A DNA stretch of 64,000 nt from NCBI GenBank assembly GCA_016933575.1, contig JAFGAR010000146.1:32001-96000 (forward strand), in the 5' to 3' direction. Of the stretch, positions 30,857-40,520 are shown in pieces (position 1 is the first letter of the stretch; each line of letters starts with the position of its first letter). The position numbers were made by a program, and so were the translations under genes. The notes beneath the pieces were generated by a model. That model was given only the letters and a program-made list of their open reading frames with translations. It did no database searches and was not told the DNA's origin. The stretch comes from Candidatus Thorarchaeota archaeon (GTDB lineage Archaea; Asgardarchaeota; Thorarchaeia; Thorarchaeales; Thorarchaeaceae).

Positions 30857-31225
30857 TTAATCGGATGCATCCTCATTTTCTTCAAAGTCTTCATCCAGAT
30901 CTTCATCATCATAAGAGTAGAGCTCTTCTAGTTCGTCATCGATTTCTTCGACTTCTTCCAGAACTTCTCCGATTACTGGTTCCTCATCAATGACTTCAAG
31001 TTCTGGCTCCTTGACTTTCTTTTCCTTCTCAGGTTTTGCTTTCTTCTCAATCTTACCCTTGGTATCTGCTTTCTTCTCTGGTACTACAGCCCTCTTCTTC
31101 ATCTTCCAATATTCTGTCTTTGCGGATCTCTTTCTACCCATGATTTTGTAGTCAATCTGCTCTGGATTCTGAAGATTTCTAAGTCTAGTCCGTTCACGTT
31201 TGAGGGTCTTATCTCTGTTCACCAT
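30857..31225 (-). CDS. Hypothetical bipartite basic/acidic protein
   Basis: Lys/Arg-rich N-terminal half, Asp/Glu-rich C-terminal half. Confidence 0.65.
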   Translation of the reverse strand: MVNRDKTLKRERTRLRNLQNPEQIDYKIMGRKRSAKTEYWKMKKRAVVPEKKADTKGKIEKKAKPEKEKKVKEPELEVIDEEPVIGEVLEEVEEIDDELEELYSYDDEDLDEDFEENEDASD

Positions 31226-31365
31226 CGACTATCACCGTCGCGTTCCTGCGGAGTCCTCTGATTTGTTTTATAACTGTGTCGAAAGAGAGAGAAGACAACC
31301 CTTTTGTCCTTGGTCTACTCTCAATAATTGTCTTAAGCTTCGACTTCAGTATAGGAGAAGGAATA

Positions 31366-31887
31366 ATGCCAAAGAAAGGTGTTGATGATACAATAAGCAT
31401 TCGAGTGCGTCTTGAGAAATCGCTCATAGATCGACTTGACAAGGCGGTTGGCGAGGGAAATCGTCAACGATTCATCAGAGATGCAGTTGAATGGCGTTTG
31501 GACGAGGAACTTCCACCAATCTATTATGAACTATCTGAGGAATTGGCACAACTCAACGTACGTGTTGCACATCTAGAAAAATCTCAATCAACTAGTGTCT
31601 TTCTTGGCGAACTCAACACTACTACTAATGATCAGATCTGTGCTGATGACCTAGATCGTAAATTACTAGCCTTCTTTATTCGAAATGAGGGTGGAACCAC
31701 TCCTGAACTGGCAGAGCATCTCCTCGGGGACTCTGGCAAGCGACGAACAATTCTTGATAGGATCGATAGATTGAACACACGGGCTCAGGAACTAATCGGT
31801 TCTCCCGTCCTCGAATACAAGAAGGGGTTTGTTAAGGACAAACGCGGTGCTTGGTGGCTTGTCGACCCAACATCTATTATGACATAG
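31366..31887 (+). CDS. RHH + coiled-coil + winged-helix protein (putative regulator)
   Basis: ISIRVRLEKSLIDRLD...NRQRFIRDAV, then LDRKLL...TTPELAE; AGGAG upstream. Confidence 0.7.
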   Translation: MPKKGVDDTISIRVRLEKSLIDRLDKAVGEGNRQRFIRDAVEWRLDEELPPIYYELSEELAQLNVRVAHLEKSQSTSVFLGELNTTTNDQICADDLDRKLLAFFIRNEGGTTPELAEHLLGDSGKRRTILDRIDRLNTRAQELIGSPVLEYKKGFVKDKRGAWWLVDPTSIMT

Positions 31888-31940
31888 TATACATGTCTTC
31901 GGAGCAAATCCTTTAAGAAACTCTGTTCTCATTGGCACTT

Positions 31941-32018
31941 GGGGCCGTAGTCTAGCCTGGATAAGGCACCAGCCTCCGGAGTTGGTAATCCCCGGTTCGA
32001 ATCCGGGCGGTCCCGCCA
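31941..32018 (+). tRNA. tRNA-Arg(CCG)
   Basis: Cloverleaf: GGGGCCG/CGGTCCC acceptor stem, CCAGC-CTCCGGA-GTTGG anticodon arm, GGTTCGAATCC T-arm, encoded CCA; TTTAAG upstream. Confidence 0.96.
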
Positions 32019-32096
32019 CCCATTTTGAAATTACTAAGCTCAATCTGACTTTATATACCTCCTCTCGGCAGTAACTTTTGAATTGAGGTTTCAAAA

Positions 32097-32303
32097 ATGA
32101 CCACATTAAGCGAATATCGCACAGACGAAGAACGGGTTGTGGCACGCTTTACAAAATATCTCAATGGTCCTATGGGTCGCACAGTTCTTGATAATTTGGA
32201 TGATGGAGAGCATTTTATCCTCCAGACCTCCCAGCATACCCTAAAGGTGACCAAACAACGTGGTCGTGCAGTGGTATCAATAATCCGGGTTCCTCTAGTC
32301 TAA
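32097..32303 (+). CDS. Hypothetical 68-aa protein between the tRNAs
   Basis: Own TTTATATA box and GAGGT RBS before the ATG. Confidence 0.7.
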   Translation: MTTLSEYRTDEERVVARFTKYLNGPMGRTVLDNLDDGEHFILQTSQHTLKVTKQRGRAVVSIIRVPLV

Positions 32304-32391
32304 TCTTTGAACAATTCTTGATTGTGCATTCTTGTATGTGAAAGATTTCACAACGAAGACTTTATGAGTCAAATCTAGCCCCCCGAGTAAT

Positions 32392-32469
32392 GGGGCCGTA
32401 GTCTAGCCTGGATAAGGCACCAGCCTGCGGAGTTGGTAATCCCCGGTTCGAATCCGGGCGGTCCCGCCA
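32392..32469 (+). tRNA. tRNA-Arg(GCG)
   Basis: Identical to 31941-32018 except the first anticodon base; encoded CCA. Confidence 0.96.
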
Positions 32470-32591
32470 TTTATTCTATATCATCTCTAACCAATGTACT
32501 CGACACGAAGCTTAAATGGGCTATTAAAATCGGTAACAATGTAACTGGCTGCTGATAGCGACCAATGACCACACGGTGAGAAGATGATCAG

Positions 32592-33719
32592 ATGATATAC
32601 ACTCCCCAACGATTAGAACGTGTGTATCGTTCCATGAATCGCGAAGAGATTGATGTCCTCATAGTCACACGAAGGCAAGATGTTCAGTATCTCACTGGAT
32701 TTCAGAGTGGTGGTCATAATCTTCCAATTGGTTGCATAATCTCAGAGGGAAATCAACCTCATTTGGTAGTTTCCAACGCGCTCGAAACAACCATAGCTAA
32801 TGAAGCGATTATGGCAAAAGTACACTCTTTTAGTACTGATGCATCTGAAGACTGGTTCCGTGCCCATGGTAACGCCTTCTGGGAAGAAGTTGTTAAGATA
32901 CTCACAGAAAATGGTCAGATAAAAGGAATGATTGGTCTTCAACATGATTGGCTATCAGTCCGTGAATTTGAGAAGATCAAATCTAGTCTACCAAATGCTG
33001 GCTTTCGGGATTTCTCTTTACCACTCTGGAGAATCCGGCATATCAAGGACGCTGCGGAAATCGAGGCTATTCGTCAAGCAGTCAATGTTGCAGAGATTGG
33101 TATCAGAACCGCTCTGGAAATTGTCGCATCTGGAAAATCTGAGGATGAGGCATCTCTTGAGATTGAGGCTGCAATGCGAAGTGCAGGCGGGCAACAACGA
33201 GGAATTCGTGCTGCTGTCCTATCCGGAACTCATGCACGTTATCCCTCTGCACAACCTGGACCTGAGCGCATTAAGAATGAGGACTTTGTCGTTCTCGATA
33301 TCACAGTGAGCCATTCAGGCTATTTTGCTGAGATCACACGTACCATACACCTTGGTTCTCCAACAGAAAAACAAAGAAAACTCTATGAGTATGTTGTCAA
33401 TACGATCAACACCGCCCAGCGAGTGATGCAACCTGAAACAAGTATCAGCGATGTGGCGGCTCAGATAATCAAGAAAGTAGGAAAAGCATTTCCTCCAGAG
33501 ACCCTCATACAACCAATCGGGAGTTCTATCGGTCTTGATCTTCGAGAACCCCCCTACATATCTCCAGATAGCCAATTCTCATTACGGGCGGGTATGGTAT
33601 TCACAATCCATCCAACAGGATACATTCCTGATGTAGGTTCTGCGAAGGTAGCAGATGTTCTATTGGTCACACAAGATGGTGTTGAGAATCTGGGTTCTCT
33701 TGCTCGTGAAACTATGTAA
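32592..33719 (+). CDS. M24 (Xaa-Pro peptidase/creatinase fold) protein, catalytically degenerate
   Basis: YLTGF N-domain, RHIKDAAEI, EITRT, GMVFTIHP; most metal ligands substituted. Confidence 0.85.
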   Translation: MIYTPQRLERVYRSMNREEIDVLIVTRRQDVQYLTGFQSGGHNLPIGCIISEGNQPHLVVSNALETTIANEAIMAKVHSFSTDASEDWFRAHGNAFWEEVVKILTENGQIKGMIGLQHDWLSVREFEKIKSSLPNAGFRDFSLPLWRIRHIKDAAEIEAIRQAVNVAEIGIRTALEIVASGKSEDEASLEIEAAMRSAGGQQRGIRAAVLSGTHARYPSAQPGPERIKNEDFVVLDITVSHSGYFAEITRTIHLGSPTEKQRKLYEYVVNTINTAQRVMQPETSISDVAAQIIKKVGKAFPPETLIQPIGSSIGLDLREPPYISPDSQFSLRAGMVFTIHPTGYIPDVGSAKVADVLLVTQDGVENLGSLARETM

Positions 33720-34253
33720 TCAGGTAGATTGTTGCCAACGCTTTAATTTCTGAAATACATGTGCGATGGCCTCTACTCTGGTATTATGTTTATCAACTTC
33801 TTCACGAGAGAGTTCTCGAATTTGAGCAGCGGGAGCTCCAGAATTGAGACTACGTGGAGGGATGACAACATTTGATGGTACAATACTTCCTGGAGCGAGC
33901 ATGACGCCTTCACCAAGAGTCGCTCCGTCAAAGATCACACAACCATCTCCTATATTCGCGCTATCACCAATATAGACGCCATGAATTACTGCAGCTGTAC
34001 CAATGATAGTATTGTTGCCGATAATAGTCGGATTATCTTCACTATGAGCATGAATTACTGCGCTATCTTGCACACAGGTATTTTCGCCAATTCTTACAGA
34101 CGCAAAGTCTCCACGTATCACAGCACCTGGCCAGATACTTGCTCGAGGACCTATATCGACATCACCAACAATTGTTGCCTGTGGACTAACGAAGGCTTTT
34201 GAGTCAATCTTGGGGCTCTTATCTCCAAAGGGTAATATTGGCACATCTTGCAC
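33720..34253 (-). CDS. Gamma-carbonic anhydrase-like hexapeptide-repeat protein
   Basis: VIRGD, VQDSAVIH, left-handed beta-helix repeats, GAPA. Confidence 0.85.
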   Translation of the reverse strand: MQDVPILPFGDKSPKIDSKAFVSPQATIVGDVDIGPRASIWPGAVIRGDFASVRIGENTCVQDSAVIHAHSEDNPTIIGNNTIIGTAAVIHGVYIGDSANIGDGCVIFDGATLGEGVMLAPGSIVPSNVVIPPRSLNSGAPAAQIRELSREEVDKHNTRVEAIAHVFQKLKRWQQST

Positions 34254-34320
34254 CTCTCAACCTATTCTGATTCACACCAGTCTCGCTGTCTAATAAAACA
34301 TCATGTGCTCTATTAGAAGG

Positions 34321-34689
34321 TTAATTCAGTAGTGCTGATATGGCAAGTTCGAAATGTTCCGCAGGTCTCAGACCAATTAGTCTATCATGAACAGTCACCT
34401 GACCAGTTGATGGATTCTTGATCTCAAGTCTTGCTGGTTTCCCATCAAAGAACATGAGAACACATGGAATACCTCGAATCTCATTCATGATTGCGTATTC
34501 TCGATACTTGTCTGTATTTACTTTCAAGAATTGGACATCTTCATTATCCTTGTATTTTATCTCAAGTTCATCGAGTATTGGACCTAGTGCTTTGCAGGGT
34601 CCACACCACTCAGCCCAGCAATCAACAAAGAGTAACCGTGTTTTTTTCTTTGCGAGTTCGACATCATCAGGGGATACATCTCTTACCAT
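34321..34689 (-). CDS. trxA: Thioredoxin
   Basis: WAEWCGPC and GIP cis-Pro. Confidence 0.92.
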   Translation of the reverse strand: MVRDVSPDDVELAKKKTRLLFVDCWAEWCGPCKALGPILDELEIKYKDNEDVQFLKVNTDKYREYAIMNEIRGIPCVLMFFDGKPARLEIKNPSTGQVTVHDRLIGLRPAEHFELAISALLN

Positions 34690-34813
34690 AGGGGGTTACA
34701 CCATCTGAGTTTCTTTCTTGTGAGGCTAAGAATGTTCCCCCACTCTCATTAAGACAAATATCTTTTCTTAACAAGATGAATTTAGGAGGAGTTGAAAAGA
34801 AGAAATGACCTTA

Positions 34814-34836
34814 AGGAGAAGGATAGTCCTTCTCCT
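34814..34836 (-). terminator. Hairpin terminator after the upstream thioredoxin
   Basis: Perfect 10-bp stem AGGAGAAGGA-TAG-TCCTTCTCCT, followed on the minus strand by a T-rich run (TTTCTTCTTTT). Confidence 0.55.
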
Positions 34837-34851
34837 CATCACTGATAGATT

Positions 34852-35214
34852 TTATGCGGCTATTTGTGCAAGAAGGTCGTTTGCTATCTGTTCATAGATC
34901 TCAGCTGGCATTACACCAACAAGTTTGTCAGTCTTCTTGCCATAACCATCGTCGAAGATAACTCTCTTGCCCTCGGCATAGACCAGAACGCTTGGAACAC
35001 CAGTAATCTGATTCTCCATGCTGAATTCCCTGTTATGGTCAACGTCTATCTTTACTACCTTCAGTCCTTTGTCTTGATATTTGTCGTGTACTTCTTCGAG
35101 AATTGGGCCAAGTGTTCTGCAAGGCATGCACCAGACCGCATGACAGTCCACGAATACTACCTTGTTATCTGAGATTATTTGGTCTAGCTCCGTTGAGCTG
35201 ATGTCTTCAACCAT
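34852..35214 (-). CDS. Thioredoxin (paralog)
   Basis: WCMPC and GVP; start taken at MVEDISS. Confidence 0.9.
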   Translation of the reverse strand: MVEDISSTELDQIISDNKVVFVDCHAVWCMPCRTLGPILEEVHDKYQDKGLKVVKIDVDHNREFSMENQITGVPSVLVYAEGKRVIFDDGYGKKTDKLVGVMPAEIYEQIANDLLAQIAA

Positions 35215-35292
35215 TATGATCAAACTCCGCTTTGTACGGGTCGGTTGTGCAAATTTACAACACAACCGTTTTAAGTATTGCGTTATATCCAA

Positions 35293-35781
35293 TCATATTT
35301 TGATGGATTTTCCACAGTTCTGACAAATGACCTCTTCATTGTTTATAGAGTCAAGATCGTATGCATATGATGCTCTACAATATACACATTTGATTTGAGA
35401 TAGGTTCTTCCCGGTAGTAGGTGTTTCTTGTTCTTGTGCATATATGTAGGGTTTTGGCCAGATAAGCACAAGAAACTGGATACAAAATACAACTGGAAGA
35501 CCCAGACCTATTCCTGTTGGTAGAAGGATTGCCAGTAATCCTACTACCCAAAACAGACCGATAATCCGCGAATTGAATTCCCATTCTGGTCTTAGGAACC
35601 AGAACATAAGGAAGGGGATTAAATCAATGAGGAAGAGAATGAAATACAGTGAACCTAGTGACCAACCATAATACACAACATAGTCTGGATATATCATTGA
35701 ACCATTCAATAGCAGCATCATTCGAGCAAAATGAGTTCCTATTGTTGCAGTCTGGATGTTCGTCTTGTAATCTTTAAACAT
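35293..35781 (-). CDS. Hypothetical membrane protein with C-terminal zinc ribbon
   Basis: 3-4 TM segments, then CVYC...CQNC. Confidence 0.7.
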   Translation of the reverse strand: MFKDYKTNIQTATIGTHFARMMLLLNGSMIYPDYVVYYGWSLGSLYFILFLIDLIPFLMFWFLRPEWEFNSRIIGLFWVVGLLAILLPTGIGLGLPVVFCIQFLVLIWPKPYIYAQEQETPTTGKNLSQIKCVYCRASYAYDLDSINNEEVICQNCGKSIKI

Positions 35782-35914
35782 ACAAATTTCCCTCTATCTC
35801 ATTAAGAACTGTGAAGATATATCATGTATTCGGGAAGTCTTCTTCCTTCCATTTTCACGGTGCCAAAGTTTGATAAGCCCAAGAACTTTCCGGTCATGGA
35901 ATCTGGTGGTAATT

Positions 35915-38566
35915 GTGCCTGTCCTTCACTGTCCAAAATGCGGGTCTCGCCTTGACTTCAAGAAAGAAGTGGGGGGTTGGTACGTCACTTGTTCATCCTG
36001 TAATATTCAAGTGATTGTGGATGGTAGTAGAAAGGACCTCTTTGATGCATATGAGGCATATTCAGAGGAAATCAAACATCAAGGTCCGCTACAGGATAGT
36101 CTAAAAGGCAAAACACGAAAGAGGAAATATCTTGGTAGTGGGGCGGAAACATCAAGAAAGAAGGGTAAAAGAAGACTCGATCCATCCTCTCGTGTTCAAT
36201 CCGAAGAAGCAATCAGTAAACTTGTAGCAGATGGTGGAGGTGATGTTGAGTCATTTCCTGATGCATTGAAGTCCCTTGTCGCCTCTGGTCGAGATTACCT
36301 AGTAAAGTATCAATATATGGCATCTACTGAGGCGGAATATGGTACTTCTGTTGACGATCTTAGCGTACCTACGCGACTGAAAGAATATTTGAAATCAAGA
36401 GGGATTTCGATACTCTACAAATTCCAGGAAGAGTCCTATAATGCAATCAACGATGGAGATGATGTAGTCATTGTTGCACCTACTGCTCAGGGTAAGACCG
36501 AAGGGTTCGTTTTGCCCATAATCCGACAACTACTTCTGACTGTCCAAGATGCTTTTACAAATCCCGGTGTGCGAGCTCTGCTCATCTATCCTACAAAGGC
36601 TCTTGCACGAGACCAATACGATAAGATCAAACAACTTGGCAAGGCATCAGGTCTTACAGTTGCGCTCTTTGATGGAGATATCCCACAGACTGAAAGAAGT
36701 AAGCTCTATTCATCTCCTCCAGACATTCTTCTGACTAATCCTGATGTGCTTCATTATCACTTGGGTTGGATTGATTCTCGTTTGGTACCTCTTCTCCGCA
36801 CTGTGAAGTTTGTTGTCTTAGATGAGATTCATCTCTACACTGGTTCCATGGGAGCGAATGTCTATTATATTCTGAAGCGCCTAGAACTCGAATCCGGTAG
36901 ATTTCAGAAAATTGGAGCTTCAGCTACTGTAGCAAATCCAAAGGAATTTACAGACATTCTCTTTGATATAGAAGTAAAACTAATCGAATCGAAGGATGCA
37001 AAACGTGGTCCGATTCATTTCTTGATGTACTATCCGGGAATGCGTAGCAAATACAGCATGATTGTTGACCTGGTCACATCAATACAGAGAGGCGATTTCA
37101 AGACCCTTGTCTTTGGAAATACCCACTCTGAGGCTGAAGTAATCAATATGTTACTTGGTGACTCTGGTGTGAAATCAATGGTCCACAGGGCTGGACTCTC
37201 AAAGAAGTATCGAAGCGATGTTGAGGATAAGTTCAGAGCTGGAGATCTACCCGTCATCGTATCGACTCCCACACTCGAACTTGGAATTGACATTGGAGAC
37301 CTGAATAGTGTAGTCAGTATGATTGTCTCAATTACAAGACTGACCCAGCGCATTGGAAGAGCTGGCCGAAAGGGGCAGGAGAGTGTAGCAATTCTAGCTC
37401 TCCGTGAAAATGATCCAATCTCCTCTTTCTACAGATTTGAACCTGAGAAATATTTTACTGATATTGATGCTGCCTATACTGAGCCAGAGAATGAGGTCGT
37501 AGGCTACTACCAATTGATCGCTGCAGCCATGAGTGGTAGATTAAAGACAACTGATTTTCCAAGACATAATCGAGTCTTAGAGAAATTAAAGGCTGATAAT
37601 ATACTGGATGTGTATGATAATGGAGACATCCGTATTACTGATTTTGAGAGAGCCCAAAAAGCTTGGAGAGGGTATAGTATCCGGGGGATTGGGGATACAG
37701 TTCAGATTAGATTGGATAAACGAGGCCTAGGTGAGCGTTCCATGCCTATGGCAGCACAAGAGCTTCATCCAGGAGCCATCTATCTCCATGGAGGCAAGAA
37801 CTATCTCTCTGTGGACTTCAAATACATGCCTGGTCTTGGTAGAGCTACTGTAGTACCATATACTGACCGAAGTTTCCATACGAAACCACTCTATTACACA
37901 ATGCCAAAGATACTCGAGATAGTTGAACACAGTAAGATCCTGGGCCTCAATGCGGTCTACTGTACCCTAGAAATGACACAGACTGTCTATGGTTATGTTA
38001 AAAGAGAGACCCGCAGTGGTAGAATTCTTGGTAGAACTGATTTACCAACACCATTGATCTATTCCTATCAGACAAGGGGGTTTGCATTCACTGCTCCAGA
38101 ACCCGTGAAATCCGTAAACGACTATACCACAGGAAAATATGCGGCACTTGGAGGTGGCAAGATGGGCCCCGTCGAACTCTATGGTGGGGCTTTCCATGCA
38201 GTTGAGCATGTGCTTATCGAATCGAGTAACATGTTCACTGGTGGTGGTACTCGAGAGATTGGTGGTGTATCGATGGGTGATTCTGGCATCATCTTTGTGT
38301 ATGATGGAAGCCCGGGCGGGAATGGAGCCTCTCGACTGCTCTTTGGAAAACTAGATGAGGCATTCAGAAGAACAAAGACGATACTCAAGAACTGCAACTG
38401 CAACACAATTGATGGGTGCCCACTCTGTACGTACTCTTACTATTGTGGAAATAATAACAGCCCCCTCTTCAAGATCGGTGCACTTGAGAGTGTCGAGAAG
38501 ATACTCTCATTGGATGAGACCACAGTGGATACAGAAGGGTACGCAGGATTTGAGCCGTTAGTATAA
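35915..38566 (+). CDS. DEAH-box SF2 helicase with DUF1998 (Hrq1/MrfA/SftH-like)
   Basis: APTAQGKT, DEIH, SAT, QRIGRAGR, HAVEH, CNC...GCPLC...C; GTG start after GGTGGT. Confidence 0.9.
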   Translation: MPVLHCPKCGSRLDFKKEVGGWYVTCSSCNIQVIVDGSRKDLFDAYEAYSEEIKHQGPLQDSLKGKTRKRKYLGSGAETSRKKGKRRLDPSSRVQSEEAISKLVADGGGDVESFPDALKSLVASGRDYLVKYQYMASTEAEYGTSVDDLSVPTRLKEYLKSRGISILYKFQEESYNAINDGDDVVIVAPTAQGKTEGFVLPIIRQLLLTVQDAFTNPGVRALLIYPTKALARDQYDKIKQLGKASGLTVALFDGDIPQTERSKLYSSPPDILLTNPDVLHYHLGWIDSRLVPLLRTVKFVVLDEIHLYTGSMGANVYYILKRLELESGRFQKIGASATVANPKEFTDILFDIEVKLIESKDAKRGPIHFLMYYPGMRSKYSMIVDLVTSIQRGDFKTLVFGNTHSEAEVINMLLGDSGVKSMVHRAGLSKKYRSDVEDKFRAGDLPVIVSTPTLELGIDIGDLNSVVSMIVSITRLTQRIGRAGRKGQESVAILALRENDPISSFYRFEPEKYFTDIDAAYTEPENEVVGYYQLIAAAMSGRLKTTDFPRHNRVLEKLKADNILDVYDNGDIRITDFERAQKAWRGYSIRGIGDTVQIRLDKRGLGERSMPMAAQELHPGAIYLHGGKNYLSVDFKYMPGLGRATVVPYTDRSFHTKPLYYTMPKILEIVEHSKILGLNAVYCTLEMTQTVYGYVKRETRSGRILGRTDLPTPLIYSYQTRGFAFTAPEPVKSVNDYTTGKYAALGGGKMGPVELYGGAFHAVEHVLIESSNMFTGGGTREIGGVSMGDSGIIFVYDGSPGGNGASRLLFGKLDEAFRRTKTILKNCNCNTIDGCPLCTYSYYCGNNNSPLFKIGALESVEKILSLDETTVDTEGYAGFEPLV

Positions 38567-38582
38567 TGGGAGATGAAGAAGT

Positions 38583-40520
38583 TTGACAGAGTTTCGAATT
38601 GGTCGCGGACATGATGGTCCTGCAAGAATTGGCGAGTATGTCATGGGTCCAGAAGTACTTCCAACACCAGTTCTTGCCAGTGCTTTTTCACCGCACGATA
38701 AAATGCTCTACTATTACACACTTGAAAGAACCAGCCGAATAACATCGAAACCTAGTCTCATTTCCCTTCCCTTTGGCAAGAGCTTCGGAGAGATCAAATC
38801 AAATGAATTCACGTCAGATGATATTCTTCTTCTCCCCTCCTTGGCATCACTCTCGTACTTGGGCAGCAATTCAGGAGCTCTCTCTTTGCAATATCAACTA
38901 AGTGCACTCGATGTGATTCAGTCCTCTATTAAGCCCTCTCAGGTCATTGTAAGAATCTTTGAGAATACAGGTCTAGAGCAGCTTCAGTCAGCCATAGACA
39001 CTCTGCATTCTAGGGGGGTCCGTGGAGCCGCCTTTGCCTTTGATGGTTTATTGGGAGACTCTGATCTTGAATCTCTCTTATTGCGTAGTAAGATTCCCAT
39101 GTCTTGGCTTGCTATTGCTGTTGGACGAATTGATCCCGGAACCATACCACTCCTGTATTATCTTGGATTTGATGTAATCGATATTGGTCATGCACAGGAA
39201 GCTGCTGCAAAGCATATCCGTCTATGGCAAAATGGTTCCGAGTCTATCATTGAGGATCAGCAGCCTCGTTATTGTGCTTGTGCGAGTTGCCAAGACCTCC
39301 CTGATGCAAAATCTTCTAAGACTGTAGAACTGCTTCAAGATCATAACATCAATGTGTATAGGTCAATCCTCTCAGAGTCTGTTGCAGCAATGAGCAACGG
39401 AAGGTTACGTTGGCTTGTTGAATCCATGACCCATAACAGTCCTGCGCATGCCTCCATTCTCAGACGTGTTGATAGGCAGATGTATGCCTTCCTTGAGGAA
39501 TTCACACCTGCTTCAGGAACTCAGATTGTCCCACTCATTGGTCCAGAATCCTACTATTCTCCAGCTGTGCAGAGGTTTAGAGAGAACGTAGTGACTCGAT
39601 ACATGCCTCCTGCAGAAAAACGGATTGTGCTTCTTCTTCCATGCTCAGCTAAGAAACCATATTCGGACTCAAAATCTCATAGACGGTTTCTTGAAACTCT
39701 GGAGGCTTCCTTAGGCAATGCTACTTCTCATGTTGCTCAAGTCATTCTCACCTCACCCCTTGGTCTTGTTCCTCGAGAACTAGAGCGAATATTTCCTGCA
39801 GCGAATTATGACATTCCAGTAACAGGTGAATGGGATACGGAAGAAACGACTATCGCGGCTGATGCACTAATCACTCATCTAAAGAAATTCTCCCAAGATG
39901 TTGTCATTGTAGCTCATGTATCTGGTGGATATCTGGGAATTGTAAATACCGCAGAGGATAGTATCTCGCATAGTATCATCTATACGAGTCCAGACACTTC
40001 TCCCACCAGTCGTGAGTCTAGAAATGCTCTCTATGAGACACTTACAGACATGAAGACAGTCCTTGAACTTGGCAGTAAACCATCCCGAGTCCTTGAGGAG
40101 ATTGTACGGGCTACAGCAGACTTTCAATTTGGTAGAGGCGCAGGAGATCTTCTTGTTCCTGAAAATGCGCGACTTAAAGGGAAAGTGTACAGACAGATAT
40201 TGTGTCGTATTGGTAACGAGCAGGTCTGTTCATTTATTGCTGACTCAGGTCTATTATCGCTCACATTAGATGGAGCAAAACGACTAGCACAACTTGGACA
40301 CTATTGGGTCAGACTTGATGCTCATGTTGTCAAGGGTGGCTCTGTCTTTGCTGTGGGTGTGCAGGAGGCTGATACATCGATACGACCCGGTGATGAAGTC
40401 ATAATTTTCAACAATAACGATGAGGTGATAGCTGTGGGTCGAAGTGAGATGTCAGGTCGCGAAATGTGTGAACTAGAACGAGGAAGAGCTGTAAGCATTC
40501 GCCACAAATTGGAGGGTTGA
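38583..40520 (+). CDS. arcS: Archaeosine synthase alpha subunit (TGT-like + DUF5591 + PUA)
   Basis: DGPARIG, LLLPCSAKKPYSDSKSH, TSPLGLVPRELE, YDIPVTGEW, C-terminal PUA domain. Confidence 0.93.
   Translation: MTEFRIGRGHDGPARIGEYVMGPEVLPTPVLASAFSPHDKMLYYYTLERTSRITSKPSLISLPFGKSFGEIKSNEFTSDDILLLPSLASLSYLGSNSGALSLQYQLSALDVIQSSIKPSQVIVRIFENTGLEQLQSAIDTLHSRGVRGAAFAFDGLLGDSDLESLLLRSKIPMSWLAIAVGRIDPGTIPLLYYLGFDVIDIGHAQEAAAKHIRLWQNGSESIIEDQQPRYCACASCQDLPDAKSSKTVELLQDHNINVYRSILSESVAAMSNGRLRWLVESMTHNSPAHASILRRVDRQMYAFLEEFTPASGTQIVPLIGPESYYSPAVQRFRENVVTRYMPPAEKRIVLLLPCSAKKPYSDSKSHRRFLETLEASLGNATSHVAQVILTSPLGLVPRELERIFPAANYDIPVTGEWDTEETTIAADALITHLKKFSQDVVIVAHVSGGYLGIVNTAEDSISHSIIYTSPDTSPTSRESRNALYETLTDMKTVLELGSKPSRVLEEIVRATADFQFGRGAGDLLVPENARLKGKVYRQILCRIGNEQVCSFIADSGLLSLTLDGAKRLAQLGHYWVRLDAHVVKGGSVFAVGVQEADTSIRPGDEVIIFNNNDEVIAVGRSEMSGREMCELERGRAVSIRHKLEG

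Noticed and set aside
31941-32469. tRNA repeat as attL/attR of an integrated element
   Set aside because: Both copies are complete tRNAs with different anticodons; there is no integrase and only 373 bp between them
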